The notes under the pieces were generated by a model. That model was not told where the DNA came from, made no database searches, and saw nothing but the letters and a program-made list of their open reading frames with translations. From positions 654,102-718,101 of the forward strand of contig JAIXWO010000022.1 in the NCBI GenBank assembly GCA_027491235.1: a DNA stretch of 64,000 nucleotides, given 5' to 3'. Shown piece after piece: positions 1-8,290 of this stretch. The position numbers and the translations under genes were made by a program. The DNA is from Sphingomonadales bacterium. GTDB taxonomy: Bacteria; Pseudomonadota; Alphaproteobacteria; Sphingomonadales; Sphingomonadaceae. Position 1 is the stretch's first letter, and each line of letters starts with the position of its first letter.

Positions 1-113
1 AAAGCCTCAGACGTCTCACCATGTTCCGATCGCCAAGTGCCTCCGCGAACGGCCTGCGTTGCGGTGCGCCACTTGGACGTAATAGCGCGATTCTGTCCGG
101 TATCCTTCTTCAT
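1..113 (-). CDS. metZ: O-succinylhomoserine sulfhydrylase (trans-sulfuration family), 5' part, runs off window start
   Basis: Hand translation from ATG at 113: MKKDTGQNRAITSKWRTATQAVRGGTWRSEHGETSEA, matching the N-terminus I recall for sphingomonad MetZ; AGGAAGAGG RBS-like sequence upstream. Not in the ORF track. Confidence 0.75.
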   Translation of the reverse strand, partial: MKKDTGQNRAITSKWRTATQAVRGGTWRSEHGETSEA

Positions 114-139
114 GCCAGCCTCTTCCTAGCGTCTGGCGT

Positions 140-1108
140 TCAGGTCAATGGGGTTTGACCCGACAGGACGACGGCGACTTGGCTTTGGTCCATGTTTCCG
201 CCGGAAAGAATGACGGCAACGCGCTTGCCCTTCATCGAGTCTTTTTCTTGCATCAGGGCCGCCAGTGCGACGGCTCCTGCGCCTTCGGCAAGATTATGGG
301 TGTCTTGCCAATAGGCACGAATGGCCTCTGCAACCTCATCATCGGTTACGCCAACAAATCGGTCCGCACCTTTACCAAAATAGTCGAGGGCGGCCTGAAC
401 CGGGGTGCAGACGGCCACACCATCGGCAAAGGTATGGGCCGTCGGGCTCGCAATCAGACGTCCTGCTTCAAAGGACAATTTGGCCGCATCGACATGCGCC
501 GAAACAACGCCGACAATTTTGGTCTTCAATCCCAACGCATCGCGCGCGGCAATCGTCCCGCAAAGCCCCGATCCGCAGCCGACGGGAACATAGACCGTGT
601 CGAGGTCAGGCACCGCATCAAACAGCTCAAGTCCATAAGACGCAACACCCCGCACCAGCTCTTCATGGTAAGATGGCACCATGAACAGGCTATATTGCGC
701 CGCGCGGGCAACGGCTTCGGCCTTTGCGCTGTCGAAATCATCGCCATGTTCGATCAGGTCGGCGCCAAAAGCGCGCATGGCCGCGTTCTTTTCGCGCGCA
801 TTCCCAAGCGGGACGATGATTGTCGCCGTCAAACCAGCTTTTACCGCAGCCCGAACCTGCGCCTGTCCGTGATTGCCCCGCGTCGCAGTGATGATGCCTT
901 TGACATCTGGATGCTCGGCCCGAAGCCAGTCAATGAACGTGATCGCCCCACGCACCTTGAAGGCGCCTGTTGGCGTGTGGTTTTCATGCTTGACCCAAAC
1001 CTCGCATCCCGTCCGCTCAGCCAACAGAGGCCAAGCATATTGCGGGGACGGCGGCATGTCCTGATAGATACGCGCGGCGGCCGTTCGAAGGTCGTCAAGC
1101 GTGAACAT
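140..1108 (-). CDS. PLP-dependent threonine/serine dehydratase family protein without ACT domain
   Basis: VKHENHTPTGAFKVRG (PLP lysine), TRGNHG, VPVGCGSG phosphate loop, LSGGN; 322 aa catalytic domain only. Confidence 0.85.
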   Translation of the reverse strand: MFTLDDLRTAAARIYQDMPPSPQYAWPLLAERTGCEVWVKHENHTPTGAFKVRGAITFIDWLRAEHPDVKGIITATRGNHGQAQVRAAVKAGLTATIIVPLGNAREKNAAMRAFGADLIEHGDDFDSAKAEAVARAAQYSLFMVPSYHEELVRGVASYGLELFDAVPDLDTVYVPVGCGSGLCGTIAARDALGLKTKIVGVVSAHVDAAKLSFEAGRLIASPTAHTFADGVAVCTPVQAALDYFGKGADRFVGVTDDEVAEAIRAYWQDTHNLAEGAGAVALAALMQEKDSMKGKRVAVILSGGNMDQSQVAVVLSGQTPLT

Positions 1109-1114
1109 CGGTTT

Positions 1115-2158
1115 TCAGAGTTTCCCGAGAACAGCATCGCCCATTTGTGCTGTCGTCATGTTACCGCCAAGATCCGGGGATCGGGCGCCATCAGCAAGGG
1201 CGGCGGCGACGGCAGCTTCAATTTTGTCAGCATGTTCTGGGAGATCCAGCGAATAACGCAGCATCATGGCAGCCGACAGCATGGTCGCAAGGGGGTTCGC
1301 CTTGCCCTGCCCTGCGATGTCAGGCGCCGACCCATGGATAGGCTCATACAACCCTTTCTTGCCGTCATCGAGTGACGCTGAAGGCAGCATGCCAATGGAA
1401 CCCGCACACATGCTCGCCTGGTCCGACAGGATATCGCCAAACAAATTGCCCGTCACAATGACATCAAACTGTCCAGGATTGCGGACAAGCTGCATGGCTG
1501 CATTGTCGACGTACATGTGGCTCAACTCAATGTCCGGATATTCGGCTGATGTTTCGATGATCACATCCCGCCACAATTGCGATGTTTCGAGCACATTTGC
1601 TTTATCAACAGAGCATAAGCGGCCGTTGCGGGCACGGGCCGTTTCAAACCCGACCTTGGCAATTCGGCGGACCTCGGCTTCATTATATGACATGACGTCA
1701 TAGCCTTCGCGCAGCCCGGACACTGTTGTGCGGTGGCCTTTTTCGCCAAAATAGACGTCACCGTTCAATTCCCGGATAATGACCATATCGATTTGTCGCG
1801 CAACCTCTGGACGCAGCGCAGAGGCATCGGCGAGTTCTGGAAAAAGTTTGGCAGGACGGAGGTTGGCAAAAAGCCCCAGTTCCTTGCGGAGGCCCAGGAT
1901 CGCCTGTTCTGGACGGAGATGCCGCTCCAGAGCGTCACAATCCGGATCGCCGACCGCGCCGAACAGAATGGCATCGGCGCGTTTCGCGACATCGAGCGTG
2001 GACGGCGGCAAGGGATGGCCGAGGGCCTTAAATGCTGCACCACCGACCGGTGCTTCCTCGTAGGTTAAGCCGGCAATATTCAGGGCATCCAACACGCGCT
2101 TGGCTTCGGTGACGACTTCCGGTCCGATTCCGTCTCCGGGCAATAGGGCGATGAGCAT
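1115..2158 (-). CDS. leuB: 3-isopropylmalate dehydrogenase
   Basis: [41 protein letters not shown]; start moved to ATG 2158 after a GGAGG RBS. Confidence 0.97.
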   Translation of the reverse strand: MLIALLPGDGIGPEVVTEAKRVLDALNIAGLTYEEAPVGGAAFKALGHPLPPSTLDVAKRADAILFGAVGDPDCDALERHLRPEQAILGLRKELGLFANLRPAKLFPELADASALRPEVARQIDMVIIRELNGDVYFGEKGHRTTVSGLREGYDVMSYNEAEVRRIAKVGFETARARNGRLCSVDKANVLETSQLWRDVIIETSAEYPDIELSHMYVDNAAMQLVRNPGQFDVIVTGNLFGDILSDQASMCAGSIGMLPSASLDDGKKGLYEPIHGSAPDIAGQGKANPLATMLSAAMMLRYSLDLPEHADKIEAAVAAALADGARSPDLGGNMTTAQMGDAVLGKL

Positions 2159-2203
2159 GTTGTTTTCCTCCGTTTGGCCGCGCAAATGGCGGGAAGTGCG
2201 CCA

Positions 2204-2806
2204 TTACGCAACTGCCCTTTTCATCCTTTCCATCAAACGGTCGCGGGCGCTGAGGACATCAGTTCCCCGTCCCTGAAAGATGTGACGCCCCAATTGCGCG
2301 CCATTGGCATTCAACAGTGTGAGTGTTTCGTTCCAATCCTTGGGGATATCCGTTGATCCGGTCCCATAGCCTAGTGCCCTGAGCAACAGCAGCTCATAGG
2401 CGGCCAAGGCACCTGCCCAATCCCGCACCAAATTAGCGTATTCAATAGCTGAAATAACAGCAGCAAGTGATTGATATATTTCGGGATATGGTTGTTCGTC
2501 CGGTAGAGTGGACGCGGTCACCGCGCAGCACCACTCCAAGGCTGCAGAGGCCAGTGGTTCTGTCATCAATGGTGCACGGGAAATGAGGAGCTCAACAGTG
2601 AGGCCAGCCAACTGGCCAGTGGTTCGTTCCCGAAATTCAGCGGTGACGGCATTTGCGGCCATCAAAATGGGGCGCATCGTGCGGGAGCGTCCGCCCCGAA
2701 CATAGCCGGCGATCAGACCATGATCCGGCGTCATAAGGCGCGCAATGACCCCATGTTCACCATGAGGCCGTAGCGCACAGACAATCGCGTTGGTCCGAAT
2801 AATCAC
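2204..2806 (-). CDS. recO: DNA repair protein RecO (short form)
   Basis: HGEHGVIARLMTPDHGLIAGYVRGG OB-fold N-terminus; YELLLLRALGYG. GTG start at 2806 is uncertain. Confidence 0.88.
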   Translation of the reverse strand: MIIRTNAIVCALRPHGEHGVIARLMTPDHGLIAGYVRGGRSRTMRPILMAANAVTAEFRERTTGQLAGLTVELLISRAPLMTEPLASAALEWCCAVTASTLPDEQPYPEIYQSLAAVISAIEYANLVRDWAGALAAYELLLLRALGYGTGSTDIPKDWNETLTLLNANGAQLGRHIFQGRGTDVLSARDRLMERMKRAVA

Positions 2807-2877
2807 GGGTGAAGCATTGGTGTGGATTGCCAGATTTAGCAAATCCTTAGGATGGCGTCGCTATTCGGGCCATTGTC

Positions 2878-3903
2878 ATGACCTATATGGACTCCAATCT
2901 GCTGCCTGCACGGCACGCACGCAGCCGCAACGCCCAGTGCCCTATCGAGCCGGGACGACGCCTGCGACCGGGCAAGGACTTTGGTCGGCGGTTCATCCTC
3001 TTCGTGGATACGGAAGAGGAATTTGATTGGAAGGCGGATTTTTCGCGAGCGGCCAACAGCACCGTCGCCATATCCGCACTGAGAAAGGCCACGGCACGTT
3101 TCAACGGCCACGGCGTTCACCCTGTCTATCTGTGTGATTACCCTGTGATCACGAGGCCCGACAGCAGGCTCATCATCCAAGAACTGGCACAATCCGGGGC
3201 CTGCGACATTGGGGCGCATCTCCACCCTTGGGTTAACCCCCCGCACGACGAAGCCATGGTCCAACGCAATAGCTTCACCGGGAACTTGCCGGCTGCTTTG
3301 CAGCGGGAAAAGCTAAGGCGCCTCACTGCGACGATGACCGAGTTAACAGGCAAATCGCCGACGGTGTTCCGCGCCGGGCGCTATGGCTTGGGGCCTGAAA
3401 CGATGACCCACCTGAACGAGCTTGGTTACCGCATGGATGTGTCGGTCCGTTCCCTTTTCGATTATTCGGGCGAGGACGGGCCAAGCTATGCGAACTGCCC
3501 GGTCTGGCCCTGGCGGACGCCGGAGGGGATCGTTGAGTTGCCGCTAACGAGCGGTTGGACGGGGCGCCTGCGCAAGTTTCCAGCCCTCTACCGCAGCCGC
3601 AAATTGCACGGCGCCTTGGCAAAGACGGCCTTGCTCACGCGTGTTCCACTTACGCCGGAAGGGACCCCGGCCAAGCAGGCCATAGAAGTCATTGAGGCCC
3701 TTCTCGAAGATGGCCTCGATATCTTCAGCCTCTCATTCCACTCGCCGACATTGGCCGTGGGGCACACGCCCTATGCGAAAAATGGCATGGAATTAGAACG
3801 TTTTTGGAATTGGTGGGATGCCATCTTCAAGGCTTTTGATCGGCTCGGTGTAAAGCCCGTGCGCTATGATGCCTTGGCCGACGCGCTTTGCGGGACGGAA
3901 TGA
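2878..3903 (+). CDS. polysaccharide deacetylase family protein (CE4/NodB-like, WalW-type)
   Basis: ILFVDTEEEFDW, GAHLHPWVNPPH (metal-binding His), FRAGRYG, FSLSFHS. Confidence 0.8.
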   Translation: MTYMDSNLLPARHARSRNAQCPIEPGRRLRPGKDFGRRFILFVDTEEEFDWKADFSRAANSTVAISALRKATARFNGHGVHPVYLCDYPVITRPDSRLIIQELAQSGACDIGAHLHPWVNPPHDEAMVQRNSFTGNLPAALQREKLRRLTATMTELTGKSPTVFRAGRYGLGPETMTHLNELGYRMDVSVRSLFDYSGEDGPSYANCPVWPWRTPEGIVELPLTSGWTGRLRKFPALYRSRKLHGALAKTALLTRVPLTPEGTPAKQAIEVIEALLEDGLDIFSLSFHSPTLAVGHTPYAKNGMELERFWNWWDAIFKAFDRLGVKPVRYDALADALCGTE

Positions 3904-5081
3904 TGTCCTCCTTACCCATCTTGCAGGACGCGCAAACAAGGGTTGTGTCTGCGTCCGACATCTCCGCGCAATTGGCAGCGGAGTGGGATGACCTTACCCG
4001 ATGCGCGAGCGAGCCCAACAGCTTCTATGAACGTTGGTTTGTCGAGGCGAGCCTGCGCCATCTGACAATCCCCGACAGTGTGCAATTCCTGTTCGTCCGC
4101 GATGCCAACGGCACGCTGGTGGGGATGCTCCCCTTGCGTACCGGCCAGAATTATGGACGGATGCCCATGGCTGCCGTTCAGAACTGGCTGCATTACAATC
4201 AGTTTTTGGGCGTGCCGCTGGTGCGTAAGGGATCGGAAGACCTCTTTTGGCGCGAAGTCATCGCAGAATTTGATGAAAACCGTCTGCGTTCCGACATCCT
4301 TTATCTTTCTGAAATGCTGGCGGAAGGGCCCGTTACGGAGGCGCTTTTTGCTGTGTGCAGAGATTTGGGAAGATCTGCAGCTGTCGTCCATCGTTATCAG
4401 CGGGCCCTGCTCGTCGCCGGTTCAACGCCGGACGAGTATTGGTGCGAAGCCGTCCGCAAAAAGAAGCGTAAGGAAATTGCGCGGCTGGAAAACCGTCTGT
4501 CTGAGATTGGCGAGATACGTGCTGATCGCCTTCGTGATGAAGGAGAAACAGAGGCGTGGATCTCGGCATTCCTCTCGCTAGAGGCGGCGGGTTGGAAGGC
4601 ACTGGATGGGGGTGCTCTCGCCAAGGAGGATGGCACCCGCAACTTCTTTGCTGCAGCCATTGCTGAGGGGTTGAAGCAAGGGCGCGTTGAAATCCTTCGC
4701 CTGCGCGTTGGCACAGAGACGATCGCCATGCTGGTCAACTTCCTCACAGGGTCCGGCTCATTCTCCTTCAAAATTGCCTATGATGAAGATTATGCGCGGT
4801 TTTCCCCGGGCATCCTGATTGAAAAGGCAAATCTCCAACGTCTGGCTGATCCGTCCTTCGGCTGGATGGACAGTTGTGCCGTTGAAGATCATCCGATGAT
4901 CAACAGTTTGTGGCGTGGGCGGCGTGAGATCGTCCGCATCGCTTTGCCGCGAAAGGGCCTGCGGGCAGCCGTCATGTTTCGCGCTGCGCGCCTTGTTGAG
5001 ACGGGCTGGTCGGCCATCAAACAATTCCGCAAGCGCAGCCAGAATGACAATGGGGCTATAAATGATGACCACGAGCTTTGA
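3900..5081 (+). CDS. CelD/BcsL-like (Acetyltransf_6-type) GNAT acyltransferase
   Basis: EPNSFYERWF, VRKKKRKEIARLENRL, FLSLEAAGWK, FKIAYDEDYARFSPGILI, DSCA; ATGA overlap with the upstream stop. Confidence 0.82.
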   Translation: MMSSLPILQDAQTRVVSASDISAQLAAEWDDLTRCASEPNSFYERWFVEASLRHLTIPDSVQFLFVRDANGTLVGMLPLRTGQNYGRMPMAAVQNWLHYNQFLGVPLVRKGSEDLFWREVIAEFDENRLRSDILYLSEMLAEGPVTEALFAVCRDLGRSAAVVHRYQRALLVAGSTPDEYWCEAVRKKKRKEIARLENRLSEIGEIRADRLRDEGETEAWISAFLSLEAAGWKALDGGALAKEDGTRNFFAAAIAEGLKQGRVEILRLRVGTETIAMLVNFLTGSGSFSFKIAYDEDYARFSPGILIEKANLQRLADPSFGWMDSCAVEDHPMINSLWRGRREIVRIALPRKGLRAAVMFRAARLVETGWSAIKQFRKRSQNDNGAINDDHEL

Positions 5082-5922
5082 CGCCGCCGCGCTGGCGACG
5101 TTCAACAACCTCTATCCCGAAACAAGCGGCACCCTGAGGCATCAGCTGGTCAATCACCCGCTGCTTCAACTGGACCGCCTCGCTGAATTTGCCGCGCGAA
5201 TTGATCCGGCAAACGTGGAATATAATATCGGCCATCTGCCGGTTGGCATCGACCCTACGGCCGTACCCGGCAACGGGCTAAGCATTGAAGAAACCGTCCG
5301 TTCTATCGAACAGAATGGGTCTTGGATGGTTCTCAAATGGATTGAGAATGATCCCGAATATCGGGAGCTCCTCCACGACTCTCTTGCGCCGTTGCAGCCT
5401 TATGTCGCGCCAAAAACAGGCGAAATGTTGACGTTACAGGGCTTCATCTTCGTCTCATCGCCGGAGGCGGTAACGCCCTATCATATGGACCCGGAGCACA
5501 ATATTCTGCTCCAAATCCGAGGCGATAAAATCATGACCGTTTTCCCGCAGGTTGACGATCAGCTGCTCTCGGATCAGGACCATGAACGCTATCACTCAGG
5601 TGGCCATCGCAATCTGGTGTGGCAGGACGCGTTCGCCGCTAAGGGCAAGCCAGTCCCGCTTGCGCCCGGTGACGCCGTCTATGTTCCGGTAAAGGCACCG
5701 CATTGGGTGAAGGTTGGCAAGGAGCTGTCCATCTCCCTATCGATCACTTGGCGGTCAAACTGGAGCTATCGGGAGGCCGATGCCCGGGGCTTTAACTCTG
5801 TGCTGCGGGAAATGGGCCTGACACCCACCGCACCCGGACGGTTTCCAAACCAGAACCATGCAAAGTCTCTCGCTTTCCGTGCGATCCGACGGGTCAGAAG
5901 CCTTGTCGGAAAGAGCGACTAA
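5062..5922 (+). CDS. JmjC/cupin-like Fe(II)/2-oxoglutarate oxygenase
   Basis: TPYHMDPEHNILLQIRGDK (HxD plus Lys), LAPGDAVYVPVKAPHWV (distal His), SLSITW; overlaps the GNAT stop by 20 nt. Confidence 0.78.
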   Translation: MMTTSFDAAALATFNNLYPETSGTLRHQLVNHPLLQLDRLAEFAARIDPANVEYNIGHLPVGIDPTAVPGNGLSIEETVRSIEQNGSWMVLKWIENDPEYRELLHDSLAPLQPYVAPKTGEMLTLQGFIFVSSPEAVTPYHMDPEHNILLQIRGDKIMTVFPQVDDQLLSDQDHERYHSGGHRNLVWQDAFAAKGKPVPLAPGDAVYVPVKAPHWVKVGKELSISLSITWRSNWSYREADARGFNSVLREMGLTPTAPGRFPNQNHAKSLAFRAIRRVRSLVGKSD

Positions 5923-6377
5923 AAAGCGCGCGACAATTGGTCGATTAGTGCCCGGGCCGGACTTTCGGGCTGATCTTCATTTCCCAACTCTGCATCAAGC
6001 CGCGCAATGCGGGCATAGAGATCGAGGCTCGCTTCAATGCGTGTGCGAGCGCCTTCTGGTAAACCCGCCACTAGCGCGAGGTCCGTCACTGTGGGCCCAC
6101 CTAGTTTGCTGGGAGGTGTTGTATTCATCCCCGATGGGGGAGACGAAAGAGACCTCTGCCCGAGCAGCCAAGCAATGATATACATCAGTCGTGTCGTCAC
6201 TTTCAGCGACTCACAAGAGAACGCGACCCGGAGCACCGGGCCAAGCGCATCCCGATCTTCGCGACTAAATGTGTCGAAATAGGCGCGCGCATCATCCGCC
6301 AGCACCATGGCTTCGACATAAAGTGCATCAATGACCTTTGCCGTCACTTTTGATTGGGGTGCTGCAACCGCGTCCAT
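5919..6377 (-). CDS. rcdA: DUF1465 family protein / regulator of CtrA degradation
   Basis: LYVEAMVLADDARAYFD, FSCESLKVTTRLMYIIAWLL, SLDLYARIARLD. Confidence 0.8.
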   Translation of the reverse strand: MDAVAAPQSKVTAKVIDALYVEAMVLADDARAYFDTFSREDRDALGPVLRVAFSCESLKVTTRLMYIIAWLLGQRSLSSPPSGMNTTPPSKLGGPTVTDLALVAGLPEGARTRIEASLDLYARIARLDAELGNEDQPESPARALIDQLSRAF

Positions 6378-6436
6378 TGGGCGGATATGACAAGCGCCTT
6401 GCTGGGCGACCAGTTAGAAACGGCGTTAACGGGGTG

Positions 6437-6634
6437 TCAGGCGATGATATCCGGAATGAGATGCGACTCAATCGTCGCAATCTCATCACGCAGCGCCAAT
6501 TTCCGCTTTTTGAGACGCGCTAAGCGCACCTGATCATGCACGACCGTTTCCCGCAACGCGTCAATGGCAGCGTCCAAATCCCGATGCTCTTCGCGGAGTG
6601 ATTCGAGCCGCGCGCGCATGAATTGCTGTTCCAT
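6437..6634 (-). CDS. DUF465/YdcH family small coiled-coil protein
   Basis: LREEHRDLDAAI...RLKKRKLALRDEI; start moved to ATG 6634 after GAGGAG. Confidence 0.85.
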   Translation of the reverse strand: MEQQFMRARLESLREEHRDLDAAIDALRETVVHDQVRLARLKKRKLALRDEIATIESHLIPDIIA

Positions 6635-6821
6635 CTCGCTCCTCAACAACATTTATGCGCAGTCGCCAGACATGTCTGCAAACTGTCACGAAACTTTCTT
6701 TTAGGGTCATTCGGTCTGTCGCGGGAAAATGCTCCATTGTCGAGATAACTGCAATATGGACGCGACAGAACCGGCGGATGGTGATCTACTCGGCACCTCA
6801 GAAATAAATGGAGTGTCGCTT

Positions 6822-6977
6822 ATGGAACATAATCATGTTTTCGCACTCGAAGCCAAGCACGCCTTGCTTGACCAGAAGATCCATCAGGAAGCGCAACGGC
6901 CCTACCCTGATCAGATCACGCTGAGCCGGCTCAAAAAAGAAAAGCTGAGAATTAAAGAGGTTTTGGCAACCGGCTAA
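6822..6977 (+). CDS. DUF465/YdcH family small coiled-coil protein
   Basis: LEAKHALLDQKIHQE...RLKKEKLRIKE; GGAG at 6810-6813 precedes ATG 6822. Confidence 0.83.
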   Translation: MEHNHVFALEAKHALLDQKIHQEAQRPYPDQITLSRLKKEKLRIKEVLATG

Positions 6978-6998
6978 CGGTGCCGATCGGTGTGCTGC

Positions 6999-7019
6999 CC
7001 TGAGGCGATCTGCCTCAGG
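6999..7019. terminator. hairpin between convergent genes, possible bidirectional terminator
   Basis: CCTGAGGC-gatct-GCCTCAGG perfect 8-bp stem; no clear U-tract. Confidence 0.5.
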
Positions 7020-7032
7020 TCGGCATCCGAAA

Positions 7033-7425
7033 TCAGGTCATCTTCAAACCGGGACGCCGTGTTGGCGAAAATTTCAGAAAATCTGGCCTTGGGTCTTCGC
7101 CTTTGCCAACAGGCTGACGTGCTTTGGCGGGATCGATTTCAGCATTAAAGGCAATGCCCATCCGGCCATCGGTTGCCCAAACCACCTTGCCCTTGGTGGG
7201 CGGCAGGTTCTTCATGTCAACAACAACCGCTGTTCCAACAGCCAGAATAGTTGGCGCTTCGGCCATCAATCCCGTCGGAGAGAGATTGCGGATGCGGATC
7301 GGTTCGCTGGCAACGCCGCCATCGACGCCCATTTTCCCGAGAAGAAACAGGCTGGACCGGTTGGTCGAGCGCTGCCCTCGCGCATTCAACGCTTCATCGT
7401 CGCTCGGATTGGGTACAGTTGCCAT
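7033..7425 (-). CDS. stand-alone PilZ domain protein
   Basis: QRSTNR (RxxxR) and RNLSPTG (NxSxxG); GKVVWATDGRMGIAF. Confidence 0.85.
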   Translation of the reverse strand: MATVPNPSDDEALNARGQRSTNRSSLFLLGKMGVDGGVASEPIRIRNLSPTGLMAEAPTILAVGTAVVVDMKNLPPTKGKVVWATDGRMGIAFNAEIDPAKARQPVGKGEDPRPDFLKFSPTRRPGLKMT

Positions 7426-7478
7426 AACGTCGCGATAGTCCAAATAGATTTTCAATCGGTAAACGACGTAAACTTCAA

Positions 7479-7925
7479 TCACTCATCGCGCGAAATTTTC
7501 TCATGCCGTTCATGCGCTTCCTGTGCCTCAACCGTCATTGTCGCAATCGGCCGAGCCTCGAGCCGCCCAAGCGAAATAGGCTCACCAGTGACTTCGCAAT
7601 AGCCATATTCCCCTTCGTCAATGCGGCGAAGCGCTGAATCGATTTTGGAGATGAGCTTGCGCTGGCGGTCGCGCGTCCGCAGTTCGATGGACCAATCCGT
7701 TTCACTGGACGCGCGGTCGGTGAGATCAGGTTCACGCAACGGCTCATTTTGAAGCGTATTCAGCGTATCCTGAGATTCCTTCAGGATCGACTCTTTCCAG
7801 TCGAGCAACTTTTTCCGGAAATACGCCAATTGGCGGGCATTCATGAACTCTTCGGCTTCACTGGGGCGATAGTCGATATCGACTGCGCCAGCCGAACCTC
7901 CCTGACCGCTGATCGCATTCGCCAT
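7479..7925 (-). CDS. dksA: RNA polymerase-binding protein DksA
   Basis: FMNARQLAYFR, DLTDRASSETD coiled-coil tip, RTRDRQRKLISKID, YGYCEVTGEPI; start moved to ATG 7925. Confidence 0.95.
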   Translation of the reverse strand: MANAISGQGGSAGAVDIDYRPSEAEEFMNARQLAYFRKKLLDWKESILKESQDTLNTLQNEPLREPDLTDRASSETDWSIELRTRDRQRKLISKIDSALRRIDEGEYGYCEVTGEPISLGRLEARPIATMTVEAQEAHERHEKISRDE

Positions 7926-8122
7926 AACTCGCAACTCCCTGGCTTTCAGCCTTGGAACCGGCTTTCGCCGACGCCTGTCGTGAGCCGCGCTATAATGACC
8001 CCATTTCGGAGGCACAAGCGGGCGAATCACCGCAAATTTATCGAAATCGGCGGTCGAGACGATCAGGAAGATTTGCTTCGGTGGTTTGACAGACGCCCCA
8101 TAAACAGCCCCTATTTGGCACA

Positions 8123-8130
8123 TTAACCAT
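8123..8130 (+). promoter_or_regulatory. TTAACCAT CtrA-type half-site in the dksA/PAP-CTERM intergenic region
   Basis: Exact TTAACCAT, with further TTAA motifs in the same intergenic region; no perfect TTAA-N7-TTAA. Confidence 0.35.
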
Positions 8131-8290
8131 AACCGTTGTTCCGCTGCGGCAGATGGAACCGTCAAAATGGCATGAAAGACGGTTAATCCGGTTGCGGCGT
8201 CGTAACGTCTTAAGCAATCCAGCCCCATTGTTTCTGTCGACGCGGCAACGAGCTTGTTAGCCGGGTGACGAGTAAAAGGGGTTAAACGCC

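Noticed and set aside
114-139. SAM riboswitch upstream of metZ
   Set aside because: Only 26 nt between genes; no room for the aptamer.
155-1375. 406-aa plus-strand ORF
   Set aside because: Antisense to the dehydratase and leuB; no motifs; typical shadow ORF of GC-rich coding DNA.
2204-2806. Short RecO as a possible pseudogene
   Set aside because: Open frame with an intact OB fold; I recall similarly short RecO in sphingomonads; no frameshift evident.
6413-6430. CtrA box upstream of rcdA (TTAG-N8-TTAA)
   Set aside because: Spacing and one half-site deviate from TTAA-N7-TTAA; too weak to call.
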